DNA from: Bacillales bacterium UBA4691
GTDB taxonomy: Bacteria; Bacillota_I; Bacilli_A; RFN20; CAG-826
Direction: 5' to 3'
Assembly: GCA_002404865.1 (NCBI GenBank)
Contig: DHKP01000011.1
Location: 5,791-69,790, forward strand
DNA length: 64,000 nucleotides
The notes under the pieces are model-generated. The model saw only the letters and a program-made list of their open reading frames with translations. It was not told where the DNA came from and searched no databases. Of this stretch, positions 9,619 to 19,002 are shown one piece after another. The translations under genes and the position numbers were made by a program. Numbering within the stretch: the stretch's first letter is position 1; the number at the start of each line of letters is the position of its first letter.

Positions 9619-10877
9619 TGGTGAAGAAAGATTTGGTCATCGTTGGGGGAGGTAGCGCTGGGTTAGCGGCAGCGGTTGGCGCTTACGATAATGGAATCCG
9701 CGATATCTTAATCATAGAAAAGTTGCCTTTTTTAGGTGGAATCTTAAACCAATGCATCCATAATGGCTTTGGGTTAACGGAATTCAAAGAAGAACTGACC
9801 GGTCCAGAATTTGCCTCGCGTTTTATCAAGCAAGTCGAGGATAGGCATATTGATTATCGCTTAGAAAGCACGGTGATTAACATCTCAAAAGACAAAATCG
9901 TAACCTACACAAACGAAAAAGAAGGAGCGGTTACTCTTGAAGCCAAAGCCATCATCATGGCCACGGGTTGCTACGAAAGGAATGCTGGAGCAATCGCTAT
10001 CCCTGGAACTCGTCCAGCTGGAGTTTTTACGGCTGGACAAGCGCAGCTTTTTCTTAACGAATATGGGTATTTAGTGGGCAAAAGAGTTTTCATTCTTGGC
10101 TCTGGCGATATTGGCTTAATCATGGCTAGACGCTTGACTCTAGAAGGAGCGAAAGTATTAGGCGTTGCGGAAATTTGTCCTTGGAGCAACGGCCTTAACC
10201 GCAACATGGTGCAATGCCTTTATGATTTTTCGATTCCTTTATTTTTGTCGCATACGGTTAGTAAAATCATCGGCAAAAATCGCGTTGAAGCCGTCTTCGT
10301 CAGCAAAGTCGATTCCTCCTTTAAGCCGATCAAAGGCACGGAAAAACGCTTCGATGTGGATACGCTTATTTTGTCGATTGGCTTAATTCCGAATAACAAT
10401 TTATTGAGCAATATCTCTATTCCTATAGGAAGAAACAAAGGCGCGGTTGTCGACACAAATTACGAGACCCCTCTAGAGGGAGTCTTCAGCTGTGGCAACG
10501 CTCTTCACGTCCATGACTTAGTCGATAATGTCGTAAGCGAAGCTAAAGAAGCGGGAAGAATGGCGAGCAAATACATTCAAGGCTCATTAACCCGTAAGGA
10601 AAAACCGACGAATATTTTTGCGGGAGATGGAATTGGATATGTCGTTCCTTCCTTGCTTGATTTTGGTAACGCTAGCGAGAAGATTACCTTTAAATTCCGG
10701 GTCAAAGAGCCTTCCAAAAACGTCTATATCGATTACTATAGCGGCGATAAACTCGTGAAAAGCGTTTTCAGACCCGTGATTATCCCTAGCGAAATGGAAA
10801 TTGCGAAGCTTCCGAAGGAATTATTTCTAAAAGGGAATGATATTACGATTTCTTTACGCAAAAAGGAGGCGAAATAA
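9615..10877 (+). CDS. FAD/NAD(P)-binding pyridine-nucleotide oxidoreductase, partner of the preceding dehydrogenase
   Basis: VIVGGGSAGLAAA and a second ILGSGDIGL Rossmann motif. Start overlaps the upstream stop (ATGATG). Confidence 0.7.
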   Translation: MMVKKDLVIVGGGSAGLAAAVGAYDNGIRDILIIEKLPFLGGILNQCIHNGFGLTEFKEELTGPEFASRFIKQVEDRHIDYRLESTVINISKDKIVTYTNEKEGAVTLEAKAIIMATGCYERNAGAIAIPGTRPAGVFTAGQAQLFLNEYGYLVGKRVFILGSGDIGLIMARRLTLEGAKVLGVAEICPWSNGLNRNMVQCLYDFSIPLFLSHTVSKIIGKNRVEAVFVSKVDSSFKPIKGTEKRFDVDTLILSIGLIPNNNLLSNISIPIGRNKGAVVDTNYETPLEGVFSCGNALHVHDLVDNVVSEAKEAGRMASKYIQGSLTRKEKPTNIFAGDGIGYVVPSLLDFGNASEKITFKFRVKEPSKNVYIDYYSGDKLVKSVFRPVIIPSEMEIAKLPKELFLKGNDITISLRKKEAK

Positions 10878-11230
10878 TGAAAACTGAACTCATTTGCATT
10901 TGCTGTCCTAGAGGGTGCCATTTAACAGTTGACGACGGCACGGATTCCGTTACAGGCAATTTTTGCCCACGTGGCGCAAAATACGGCTTGCAAGAAGTGA
11001 AGAATCCTACTCGTGTTATCACATCCACGGTGCGAATTGGAGGGAGTGACCTCCCTATGTGCCCCGTAAAGAGCGCCTCCCCAATCCCAAAAGGAAAATT
11101 GTTCCTTGCGATGAAAGAAATTAATCAAATTCGTCTTGTTGCGCCGGTTCATATTGGGGATGTCGTCAAAGAAGATTTGGCGGGAAGCGGCATTAACTTA
11201 GTGGCAACTAGGAATATGGAAAGGAAATAA
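10877..11230 (+). CDS. DUF1667-type small Cys-rich protein
   Basis: CICCPRGCHL...GNFCPRGAKYG motif typical of DUF1667. Third member of the conserved three-gene set. Confidence 0.65.
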   Translation: MKTELICICCPRGCHLTVDDGTDSVTGNFCPRGAKYGLQEVKNPTRVITSTVRIGGSDLPMCPVKSASPIPKGKLFLAMKEINQIRLVAPVHIGDVVKEDLAGSGINLVATRNMERK

Positions 11231-11233
11231 AGC

Positions 11234-11773
11234 ATGAAAATACTCGTTCTCAGCGATATCCACGGACGCAAACTCGTGATGGAAAAAATATTAGAGATTA
11301 TCGGAAAAGAAAAACCAGATGAATTCTTTTTCCTTGGCGATTATTTATATAATGGTCCTCGAAATGGCGTCCCCTCTGATTATGACGGCTTAGCGGTAGC
11401 CGATATGCTTCGCCCTTTATTAAAAAAGGCTATTTTTGTGAAAGGAAATTGCGACGCGGATGTTGATGAGATGGTGTTAGAGACGAAATTAGCTAGACGC
11501 GCTTGCGTTTTTCGAAACGGGAGGCGCTCGGTTTTGGTGCATGGAGATGACGTTGATCCAATGTTTTTAGATCTCCAAGAAGGGGATATCCTTTTTTCTG
11601 GGCATACCCATATTCAAGTTCTTAAAGAAGAAAAAGGCATCACTTATCTAAATCCTGGCAGCCCTTCTTTCCCAAAAGGCGGCAATGAAGCTAGCTACGC
11701 CGTCTTTACTGAAAAAGGGATTGCGATTCATAGACTTATAGATTCTTCGGTAATCGCTTCCATGGATTTCTAA
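11234..11773 (+). CDS. YfcE/MJ0936-type metallophosphoesterase
   Basis: Motifs LSDIHG, GDY, GNCD and GHTH. Confidence 0.75.
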   Translation: MKILVLSDIHGRKLVMEKILEIIGKEKPDEFFFLGDYLYNGPRNGVPSDYDGLAVADMLRPLLKKAIFVKGNCDADVDEMVLETKLARRACVFRNGRRSVLVHGDDVDPMFLDLQEGDILFSGHTHIQVLKEEKGITYLNPGSPSFPKGGNEASYAVFTEKGIAIHRLIDSSVIASMDF

Positions 11774-11850
11774 GAGGTTTCTTCTACATTTTGTTTTTAT
11801 TTTCTTCTATACTTAGGGAAACTTGACTTTTCATACTTTGGAGAAACTTT

Positions 11851-13524
11851 ATGAACGATAAAATTCGTATCTTTGCCCTTGGGGGATTGGATGAAGATGG
11901 CAAAAATTGCACGGTTGTAGAAATTAACCGCGATATTTTTGTCATTGATTGCGGAGTGAAATATCCGGACAAAAATATGCCTGGTATTGACTATGTCATC
12001 GCGGATTTCAGTTATTTAAAGGAAAACAAAGACCGTGTGAAAGCTTATTTTTTATTGCATGGCCATGAAGACCAAATGGGCGCTTTAGCATATCTATGGG
12101 ATGATGTTCCCGCTCCCATCTATGGTTCACAAGTAACCCTTACGATGTTCCGCATTTTTACGAAAAACATCGGGAAAAACCCTAATCGTTACCAGATGCA
12201 ATTCGTGAAGCCCACAAGTTCCTTCTTCGTTGCAGGTCATGGTATTTCTTTCTTCCAAACCGCGCACAATATCGCCCAAAGTAGTGGGATTGCTATTGCA
12301 ACAAGCTATGGGAATATCGTTATTACTGGCGATTTTGTCGTTGAGAATAACGCGAACAAAAATTATCTTCACGACCTACAAGCCATCGCTCGTATTAGCG
12401 AAAAGCCGACACTTGTCCTCATGAACGAATCCGTCTATGCGGGAAAAAGCGGATATACGGCGCCTAATTACAAATTGTCTCGCCTTATCGAACGTGATGT
12501 TAAAGACGCGGAAGGAAGATTGTTCATCGCTTTGTTCAATACGAATTTCTATAACATTGATGAAGTTATTTCTTTAGCGATTGCCTCTAGAAAGAAAATC
12601 ATTCCTTACGATGAGGAAACTAAGAGTACGATTGAAGCGATGCAAAGCTGCGGACAACTCATTATCCCAAGAGAAAACTACGCCTCAATCGACGATATCA
12701 ATCGCCTTAGGGCGGTGGATATCTTGGTTTTGGTTCTCGGAAGTGGTACAAAGCTTTATAACAAAATCGCTTTGCTCGCTGCTAAAGAGAACGAAAATCG
12801 TCAAATCGTTCTTTCGAACTCCGATACCTTTATTTTTGCTTGTCCCGCGAATGACAACACTGAAATCGAAGCAACGGATGCACTTGATGAATGCTATCGC
12901 ACTGGTTGCCACGTAATTGGTATTAAGAAGAAAGAATTCCTCAAGATGCACGCTAGCGAAGAAGATCTCAAGATGATGATTTCTTTATTTAAGCCAAAAT
13001 ATTACATCCCAATGAAAGGTTATTACAAAGATCTTCTTGATAACGCAGAAGTAGCTCTTTCGATGGGGATTAACTTAAATCACAGCAATGTCTTCCTATT
13101 AGAAAACGGCTTAAGCTGGCTTTATGACGAAAAAGGTGCCCATCTATTAGACGAAAAGATTCCGCACGGCGACATCATGATTGACGGAATTGGTGTGGGA
13201 GACGTGCAAGACGCCGTTATTGCTGACCGTCAAAAGCTTGCGGAAGGCGTTGTTGTTTTGTCTTTGGCCATTTCAAAATCCTCTCACCGGATTGTCGCTG
13301 GGCCCGATGTCCAATTAAAAGGTCTTACGACGAATCGCGATAGCGAAATCGTCACCAAAGAATTAAGCCAAGTATTTGTTAGCAGCGTTGAATCGCATTT
13401 GAATGACGCTCATTACGATTTGGCTCTGATTCGACAAGATGTGTATGAAAAATGCTTGCGCTCTATCCGTAGAGAAACTGGAAAAGAGCCGATGGTTTTG
13501 CCATTAATCATTGAACTTGCCTAA
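11851..13524 (+). CDS. rnj: ribonuclease J family protein (J2-like, degenerate metal site)
   Basis: Collinear with my recollection of B. subtilis RNase J1 (ALGGL..GKN, IDCG, HGHED, TGDF, C-terminal domain). The HxHxDH motif reads HGHEDQ, and the PIHGEY motif reads PMKGYY. Confidence 0.85.
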   Translation: MNDKIRIFALGGLDEDGKNCTVVEINRDIFVIDCGVKYPDKNMPGIDYVIADFSYLKENKDRVKAYFLLHGHEDQMGALAYLWDDVPAPIYGSQVTLTMFRIFTKNIGKNPNRYQMQFVKPTSSFFVAGHGISFFQTAHNIAQSSGIAIATSYGNIVITGDFVVENNANKNYLHDLQAIARISEKPTLVLMNESVYAGKSGYTAPNYKLSRLIERDVKDAEGRLFIALFNTNFYNIDEVISLAIASRKKIIPYDEETKSTIEAMQSCGQLIIPRENYASIDDINRLRAVDILVLVLGSGTKLYNKIALLAAKENENRQIVLSNSDTFIFACPANDNTEIEATDALDECYRTGCHVIGIKKKEFLKMHASEEDLKMMISLFKPKYYIPMKGYYKDLLDNAEVALSMGINLNHSNVFLLENGLSWLYDEKGAHLLDEKIPHGDIMIDGIGVGDVQDAVIADRQKLAEGVVVLSLAISKSSHRIVAGPDVQLKGLTTNRDSEIVTKELSQVFVSSVESHLNDAHYDLALIRQDVYEKCLRSIRRETGKEPMVLPLIIELA

Positions 13525-13572
13525 GAAGAAAACTGACTTAAAAAAAGTAAGCTAGTCAAATCTATTTTTGCT

Positions 13573-13578
13573 TATAAT
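13573..13578 (+). promoter_or_regulatory. candidate -10 box (TATAAT) only 8 nt upstream of the ftsK ATG
   Basis: TTGCTTATAATATTCCTCGATG. There is no Shine-Dalgarno between the -10 box and the ATG. Confidence 0.35.
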
Positions 13579-13586
13579 ATTCCTCG

Positions 13587-16532
13587 ATGGAAAACTATAA
13601 AGAACGTAACATTAATGAAGATAGCATTCATAGAGCTTTGTCGCTATTATTCGCGTTAATTGGCATATTTTGCTTGCTTTCTTCTCTCACTCGACATTTG
13701 TATTGGCCAGGAAAGGCCTTATTTTGGCTAGGAGGATTGCCACTAGTTTGGATTGCTCTTCCCACCTTTATCGTTTTTTCGTTATTGGCATTTATCAAAG
13801 GGAAATTTCCTTCTTATGCTCATCGCATCAATATAGGAATGGCGATTGCTTTGATTGGCATTGCTGCGATCTGGAGCCACTTAGGACTTCATAAAGAGGA
13901 ATCCTTTGATTTTTCTTTGTTCATGGGTGCCTTCAATGCGGTGAAAGAGCCTAGTGGCTATTTTATTGCTTCTTCGATTGGGGGAGGAGCAATCGGTTTT
14001 ATTGCCGCTTCCATTCTGAACCTCGGAGGTTCTTCGCTTGTTTATTTCATTTCTACTTTAGCGATTTTAGCCGGCTTAATTATCATCTTTTTCCCTCTTG
14101 AGAAAAGAGCGTACTCATTAATTTTGAGTAAACTCGCGATTCATAAGTCAAAAATCGCTAGCGAAAAAGAAAGGGAATTCCAAGAAGAGGCAAGACGCAA
14201 GGCAATTGAGCATGAAGCCGCGATTCGCCCTATCGATAACAATGTGCCTTTTTCGCCGTTTGAGGCTCCTTTTGTCGATATGGCTCAATCACAAGTTCAT
14301 GATTTAAGAAACGCCCCTTCTTTATCAGCGTCTAATGAAGAGGAGAGCATTGGCAAACGGACGGATTTGTATCATCATGAAGATGACTTTATTACGCCGA
14401 CGCAAGCTAGAATTATCGATGCAGACGCTTCCTTCACAAATGTTTTGCCCTCTTCACTTAATAATGCTGGCTTGCAAGAAGCTACCTATATGCCTGAAGC
14501 TGCTATTTTTGAAGCAAGCAAATCCTCCAATCCCCTCCAAAATGGAGTGGGTGAGAAAATGGAAACGGGAACGCAACCCGCCCCGATTTCATCTAGCGAT
14601 GGGATAGAACGCTCTTCCTCTAACCCTAATATATCTTTAAGTCCTTCTTTTGAAACCCCTAAGAGCTCTATTTCTCTTAATGAAGAGCCACCCTCTTCCA
14701 AATTTGAAGAGAATATTTCGCAACCGTTTGAATCTATTTCTCAGGCTCCTACTATAGATACATCTAGCGAAGTAAGCACTCCGCTTCTTGAAACCCCCCC
14801 TACGATAGAATCCTCTATCGTAGAGCCCCTTGCAAATAGACAAAGTGAACCTATTATTGGCTCTAATCCCATTATTCAGGATAATTCTTCTCCTATTTCG
14901 CACGCTTCTAGCGTTTTTGAAGCCACGACGAATCGCGTTCCTGGACCAAAACAACTAGATGTTGACCCGCTAACCGGTGAAAAATTTGCTACCCCTCTTC
15001 CTAGCTACATTCTGCCTAATGTAAATCTTCTCCTTCCTACTTCTAACAATAATTTATTAGAAGAACAGATGAAGGAATGCAATGAAAGAATGGCTAATAT
15101 CAACACCATTCTTGCAAGCTTCAAAAGTGGTGCACATGTCATAGATTATACGATTGGTCCTTCTGTTACCCGCTTCAATATCGATACGGATAGTGGCGTC
15201 ACCGTTTCTAGCATTAAGCGTTATATACAAAATATTCAAGTTAAGCTTGGCGGTATTCCAACGCGTTTTGAGGAAGTAGTTCCTGGGCAAATGACGAGCG
15301 GCTTAGAAATCGCTAACGATAACTGCCGAACCGTCACGATGCGTGAGATTTTTGAAGCGTTGCCTCCTTTAACGGAAAAAACGAAGCTCTACATTCCATT
15401 TGGGGAAAGCATCTCTGGAAAAATCATCTCGGGGGACCTCTCAAAATTCCCACATATGCTTATTAGTGGCGGAACAGGCTCAGGAAAATCTGTTTTCATG
15501 CAAAGCGTTATTATGTCGCTTATCATGCGTAATCGCCCAGAAGAGCTCAAACTCGTCATGGTTGATCCAAAACGCGTTGAAATGGCTAAATATGACTCTA
15601 TTCCGCATCTTCTTTGCCCGATTGTGAAAGATATGAGCCAAGCAAAGATATGCATTGATAAGCTATGCCACGAGATGGAACGCCGTTATACCATCTTCGA
15701 AAAGGCAGGAGTAAGAGAAATTCGCGAATATAATGAGGAATATGCCAGCAAAAAGAATCTTCGCAAATTGCCTTTTATCGTTTGTATCATCGATGAATTC
15801 GCCGATTTGATGGATACATTCAAAAACGTTGAGGATCCGGTTGTTAGAATTGCGCAAAAAGCCCGTGCCGCTGGAATTCATTTGATTATCGCAACTCAAC
15901 GTCCAACTGTGAATATTGTTACCGGTAGACTTAAAGCCAATTTGTCTGTTCGTGTCGCTTTAAGTATGAATAGCGCCGTTGATTCGGTGACCATTTTAGG
16001 AGAAGCTGGAGCTGAAGAACTTGCCGGACACGGCGATATGCTTGTTGTTTGCCCAGAAGTTTTAAGAAACGGCTTAATTCGTGCACAAGGCGCATACGTT
16101 GAAACAAAAGAAATTGAAGCTGTCACTAACTTCATTCGCTCGCAAAGCAAGCCTCAATACGACCCTTATTTTATGGATTTAGTGGATCATGAAGCTGAAG
16201 CGAAAGCGGCGGAAGAAGCGGCTTTAGCGAACGCGCCTACTCGCGCTGAGCTTCGACAAATGGCAGGCGATGACCTTTATAGCGAAATCAAAGCAAAAGT
16301 CATGACGCAAGAATACGCTAGCGTCTCTCGCATCCAACGTGAAAACGGGATTGGATTCCCCCGCGCTGGAAGGATATTCGCTCGTCTTCAACAAGAAGGA
16401 ATCGTTGCTAGTGCCCCTGAGAGCATTTCTAGCTCAAAAGGATGCAAGGTTCTTGTTCATAACGCGCCGAATAATGATGGTTTACCAATTGGAAGTAACG
16501 ATAATAGTGTTATTAAGGGAGGGGATTTCTAG
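13587..16532 (+). CDS. ftsK: DNA translocase FtsK/SpoIIIE
   Basis: Four or five N-terminal TM helices, a roughly 270-aa Ser/Pro/Glu-rich linker, a motor domain (GGTGSGKS Walker A, IIDEFADL Walker B) and a C-terminal gamma winged helix (SVSRIQRENGIGFPRAGRIFARLQQEGIV). Confidence 0.95.
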   Translation: MENYKERNINEDSIHRALSLLFALIGIFCLLSSLTRHLYWPGKALFWLGGLPLVWIALPTFIVFSLLAFIKGKFPSYAHRINIGMAIALIGIAAIWSHLGLHKEESFDFSLFMGAFNAVKEPSGYFIASSIGGGAIGFIAASILNLGGSSLVYFISTLAILAGLIIIFFPLEKRAYSLILSKLAIHKSKIASEKEREFQEEARRKAIEHEAAIRPIDNNVPFSPFEAPFVDMAQSQVHDLRNAPSLSASNEEESIGKRTDLYHHEDDFITPTQARIIDADASFTNVLPSSLNNAGLQEATYMPEAAIFEASKSSNPLQNGVGEKMETGTQPAPISSSDGIERSSSNPNISLSPSFETPKSSISLNEEPPSSKFEENISQPFESISQAPTIDTSSEVSTPLLETPPTIESSIVEPLANRQSEPIIGSNPIIQDNSSPISHASSVFEATTNRVPGPKQLDVDPLTGEKFATPLPSYILPNVNLLLPTSNNNLLEEQMKECNERMANINTILASFKSGAHVIDYTIGPSVTRFNIDTDSGVTVSSIKRYIQNIQVKLGGIPTRFEEVVPGQMTSGLEIANDNCRTVTMREIFEALPPLTEKTKLYIPFGESISGKIISGDLSKFPHMLISGGTGSGKSVFMQSVIMSLIMRNRPEELKLVMVDPKRVEMAKYDSIPHLLCPIVKDMSQAKICIDKLCHEMERRYTIFEKAGVREIREYNEEYASKKNLRKLPFIVCIIDEFADLMDTFKNVEDPVVRIAQKARAAGIHLIIATQRPTVNIVTGRLKANLSVRVALSMNSAVDSVTILGEAGAEELAGHGDMLVVCPEVLRNGLIRAQGAYVETKEIEAVTNFIRSQSKPQYDPYFMDLVDHEAEAKAAEEAALANAPTRAELRQMAGDDLYSEIKAKVMTQEYASVSRIQRENGIGFPRAGRIFARLQQEGIVASAPESISSSKGCKVLVHNAPNNDGLPIGSNDNSVIKGGDF

Positions 16533-18637
16533 TGAAAAACACTTTCCTCTCCGCGCGCTTAATCGAAGCGAATCTTATCCGTTTAGCTATCTTTTCTAGT
16601 GTCCCTTTTGAAGGGGTTGAAGCGACCCTACTCGTAGATGAAAAGAAACGAGTCAAGCTTATTCCGAATAAGGTAGTTTCTTTGTCTAGCCAAGTATTAT
16701 TGGATTATCGTTTTGAAGAGCCTCTTATTTTAGGCCATAGCTATTTGATTGTCATTCCTAGCTATGGGACGATTCCTCTTGATGTTACCGAGGCGACTTC
16801 TTTTTCTGATTTCGATAAGGACTTTTATTATGACGGTGACGACTTAGGAGCGACTTATTCTAAAGACAAAACCTCTTTTGCTTTATGGGCTCCTATTAGT
16901 AGCGAAGTCATTTTAGAAATCAGAAAAGAAAAAGAAAAGAAACCTTCCTTTTACCCAATGAAGCGCGGAGAACGAGGCGTTTACCGTCTTTCATTGAAGG
17001 GTGACTATGAGCGTGCCGAATATCTTTATCACGTAAAAAATAATGAAGTATTCGTTTCTAGCATCGATCCCTATGCAAAATGCTCTTCCCCAAACGGTAG
17101 TAGAAGCGTTGTTGCTTCTTTTTCAAGATTAATGGTTCCTTTATATCGCGAAAATCTCCCTGCGATGAATAGCTATTGCGACGCGATTATTTATGAAGGG
17201 CACGTTCGTGATTTAACGATTGACCCAAGCACCAACATTGAGCATAAAGGCAAATTCCTTGGCTTAATTGAAGAAGGGAGAAAAACTCAAAAAGGTAACC
17301 CCGCTGGTTTTGATTATCTTCTTTCTTTAGGCTTCACCCATCTCCAACTTCAGCCTCTTCAAGATTATGCGACAGTCGACGAACTTCATCCGGAGAAGGA
17401 ATACAATTGGGGATATGACCCTTCGCAATATTTCGTTCCAGAAGGAAGCTTTGCAAGCAATGTCTTGGACCCTTATAGTCGGATTAAAGAATGTCGCATG
17501 ATGATTGGAGCCTTTCACAAAGCCCACCTCCGTGTTGTGCTTGACGTTGTTTATAATCACGTTTACGAATACCAATTCTCTAGTTTGGAAAAGATCGTTC
17601 CCAATTATTTTTTCCGCCGTAGAAGCAATGGAAAAATCGCGAACACAAGTGGGTGTGGCAATGACATTGCTAGTGAACGCCCTATGGCTAAGAAACTGAT
17701 TGTCGATAGCGCGAAATGGTGGATTGATTTTTATGGTGTTGATGGATTCCGTTTTGATTTAAGCGGCATTATCACGGTTAAAACGGTCCAAGAAATCATT
17801 GCTTACGGGAAGAAGAAGGATCCTTATTTCATCGCTTATGGCGAAGGATGGAATATGGGAGGGGAAGTAAATGAACCGCTTTTGACGATGGAGAACCATT
17901 CTTTAGCGAAAGAGTACGCTTTCTTCAATGATAAATATCGTGAAGCGGTGAAACGCTATAGCTCTGGCGATTTATCAGCGATAAGCCAGGCTAAATTCGT
18001 CATCGCTGGTTCTTCTGTCGATTTTTGCGGGAATCAAAAGATGTTTTCGAGTGCTTCGCAATCGCTTAATTACGTAGAATGCCACGACAATGCGACTTAT
18101 TTCGATTTTTTAAGTAAAGTTTTGCCTGATGCTTCGCTTACGAAAAAACTTCTTCTTTGCAAATTCGCTTTGTCGATTGTTTTAAGCAGCATCGGCATAC
18201 CTTTTATTCACGCAGGGGAAGAAGTAGGCCAATCCAAATGGATGAATGAGAATACTTATAACTCTCCTGATTGGTACAATCGTTTATCTTATAAATTAAT
18301 TGACGAAAGAATGACTATGGTGGAACATCTCCGCTCTTTGATTGCTTTTCGAAAGAAAACGCGCTTTTTGCATGCCTATGACCCTGAACTTTTAGACCGT
18401 TTTCTTGATGTGAATAATGACGGGGACTTATTACTAGTTTCTATTTTAGGAGAAGAAAATGCCTCCCCTTATAAAGAAATTCATTTCTTCTATAATCCAA
18501 CCGATGTAAAATGTGTCCATAAGTTAACCTCTCGAGAAGTCGCTTTATTTGGAAAAATAGACTCTCTCATCGCGACGAAAGGTTGTAGCGTAATTGTGCC
18601 TCCGCACGAATTTATTGCAACTGCCTTGCCGGAATAA
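16532..18637 (+). CDS. pulA: type I pullulanase (GH13)
   Basis: Motifs YNWGYDP, VVLDVVYNH, DGFRFDL, YGEGW and YVECHDN. GTG start overlaps the ftsK TAG and is preceded by GGGAGGGG. Confidence 0.85.
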   Translation: MKNTFLSARLIEANLIRLAIFSSVPFEGVEATLLVDEKKRVKLIPNKVVSLSSQVLLDYRFEEPLILGHSYLIVIPSYGTIPLDVTEATSFSDFDKDFYYDGDDLGATYSKDKTSFALWAPISSEVILEIRKEKEKKPSFYPMKRGERGVYRLSLKGDYERAEYLYHVKNNEVFVSSIDPYAKCSSPNGSRSVVASFSRLMVPLYRENLPAMNSYCDAIIYEGHVRDLTIDPSTNIEHKGKFLGLIEEGRKTQKGNPAGFDYLLSLGFTHLQLQPLQDYATVDELHPEKEYNWGYDPSQYFVPEGSFASNVLDPYSRIKECRMMIGAFHKAHLRVVLDVVYNHVYEYQFSSLEKIVPNYFFRRRSNGKIANTSGCGNDIASERPMAKKLIVDSAKWWIDFYGVDGFRFDLSGIITVKTVQEIIAYGKKKDPYFIAYGEGWNMGGEVNEPLLTMENHSLAKEYAFFNDKYREAVKRYSSGDLSAISQAKFVIAGSSVDFCGNQKMFSSASQSLNYVECHDNATYFDFLSKVLPDASLTKKLLLCKFALSIVLSSIGIPFIHAGEEVGQSKWMNENTYNSPDWYNRLSYKLIDERMTMVEHLRSLIAFRKKTRFLHAYDPELLDRFLDVNNDGDLLLVSILGEENASPYKEIHFFYNPTDVKCVHKLTSREVALFGKIDSLIATKGCSVIVPPHEFIATALPE

Positions 18638-18684
18638 CGGCTAAATTACTGCGTTTCTATAGATACTAAGAAGGAGAAATCAAT

Positions 18685-18972
18685 ATGATTTCAAGTGTTT
18701 TTGTGTCGGGTAGAGTAGGCAAGATCATTGATAGCCATTTCCGATACGTTTTAGTCGAGCGTCCTCTTGTCAATCAGGAAGGAAAATACCAAGTGGATGA
18801 AATTCCTGTGCGCGTTTCTTATTTTGCGACGGAATCTTGGATGAAAGAAAAAGAAGGGACATTCATTGTTTTCAAAGGAAGAATCGAGAAAGACAAGAAC
18901 GTCGGACTCGCTTTGGTGGTAGAACATCGTGAATGCTATGCTCCCGAACTAAAACGAAAAAAGAGCGCGTAA
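18685..18972 (+). CDS. small SSB-like OB-fold protein (95 aa), function unknown
   Basis: Pattern GRVGKI....VLVER...DEIPVRV....W....EGTFIVFKGRIEKD...GLALVVEH resembles the SSB OB-fold pattern. The tail is basic (KRKKSA) rather than acidic. Strong SD AAGGAGAA. Confidence 0.4.
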   Translation: MISSVFVSGRVGKIIDSHFRYVLVERPLVNQEGKYQVDEIPVRVSYFATESWMKEKEGTFIVFKGRIEKDKNVGLALVVEHRECYAPELKRKKSA

Positions 18973-19002
18973 TCTTAGGATTAGACGTGATAAAATAAAT
19001 CC

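Noticed and set aside
12581-12916. 111-aa alternative-frame ORF inside rnj, and an 88-aa antisense ORF at 12685-12951.
   Set aside because: Both are embedded in a well-supported CDS, with no independent signals.
14637-14954. 105-aa Arg-rich antisense ORF in ftsK.
   Set aside because: It is the mirror image of the Ser/Pro/Glu-rich linker codons, so it is a low-complexity artefact.
16530-16534. The ftsK stop / pullulanase GTG start overlap, considered as a hint of a functional link.
   Set aside because: Overlapping starts and stops occur throughout this compact window (galT/galK, malQ/rimO, dtd/mnmA, pyk/glk). The overlap most likely reflects genome compaction, not shared function.
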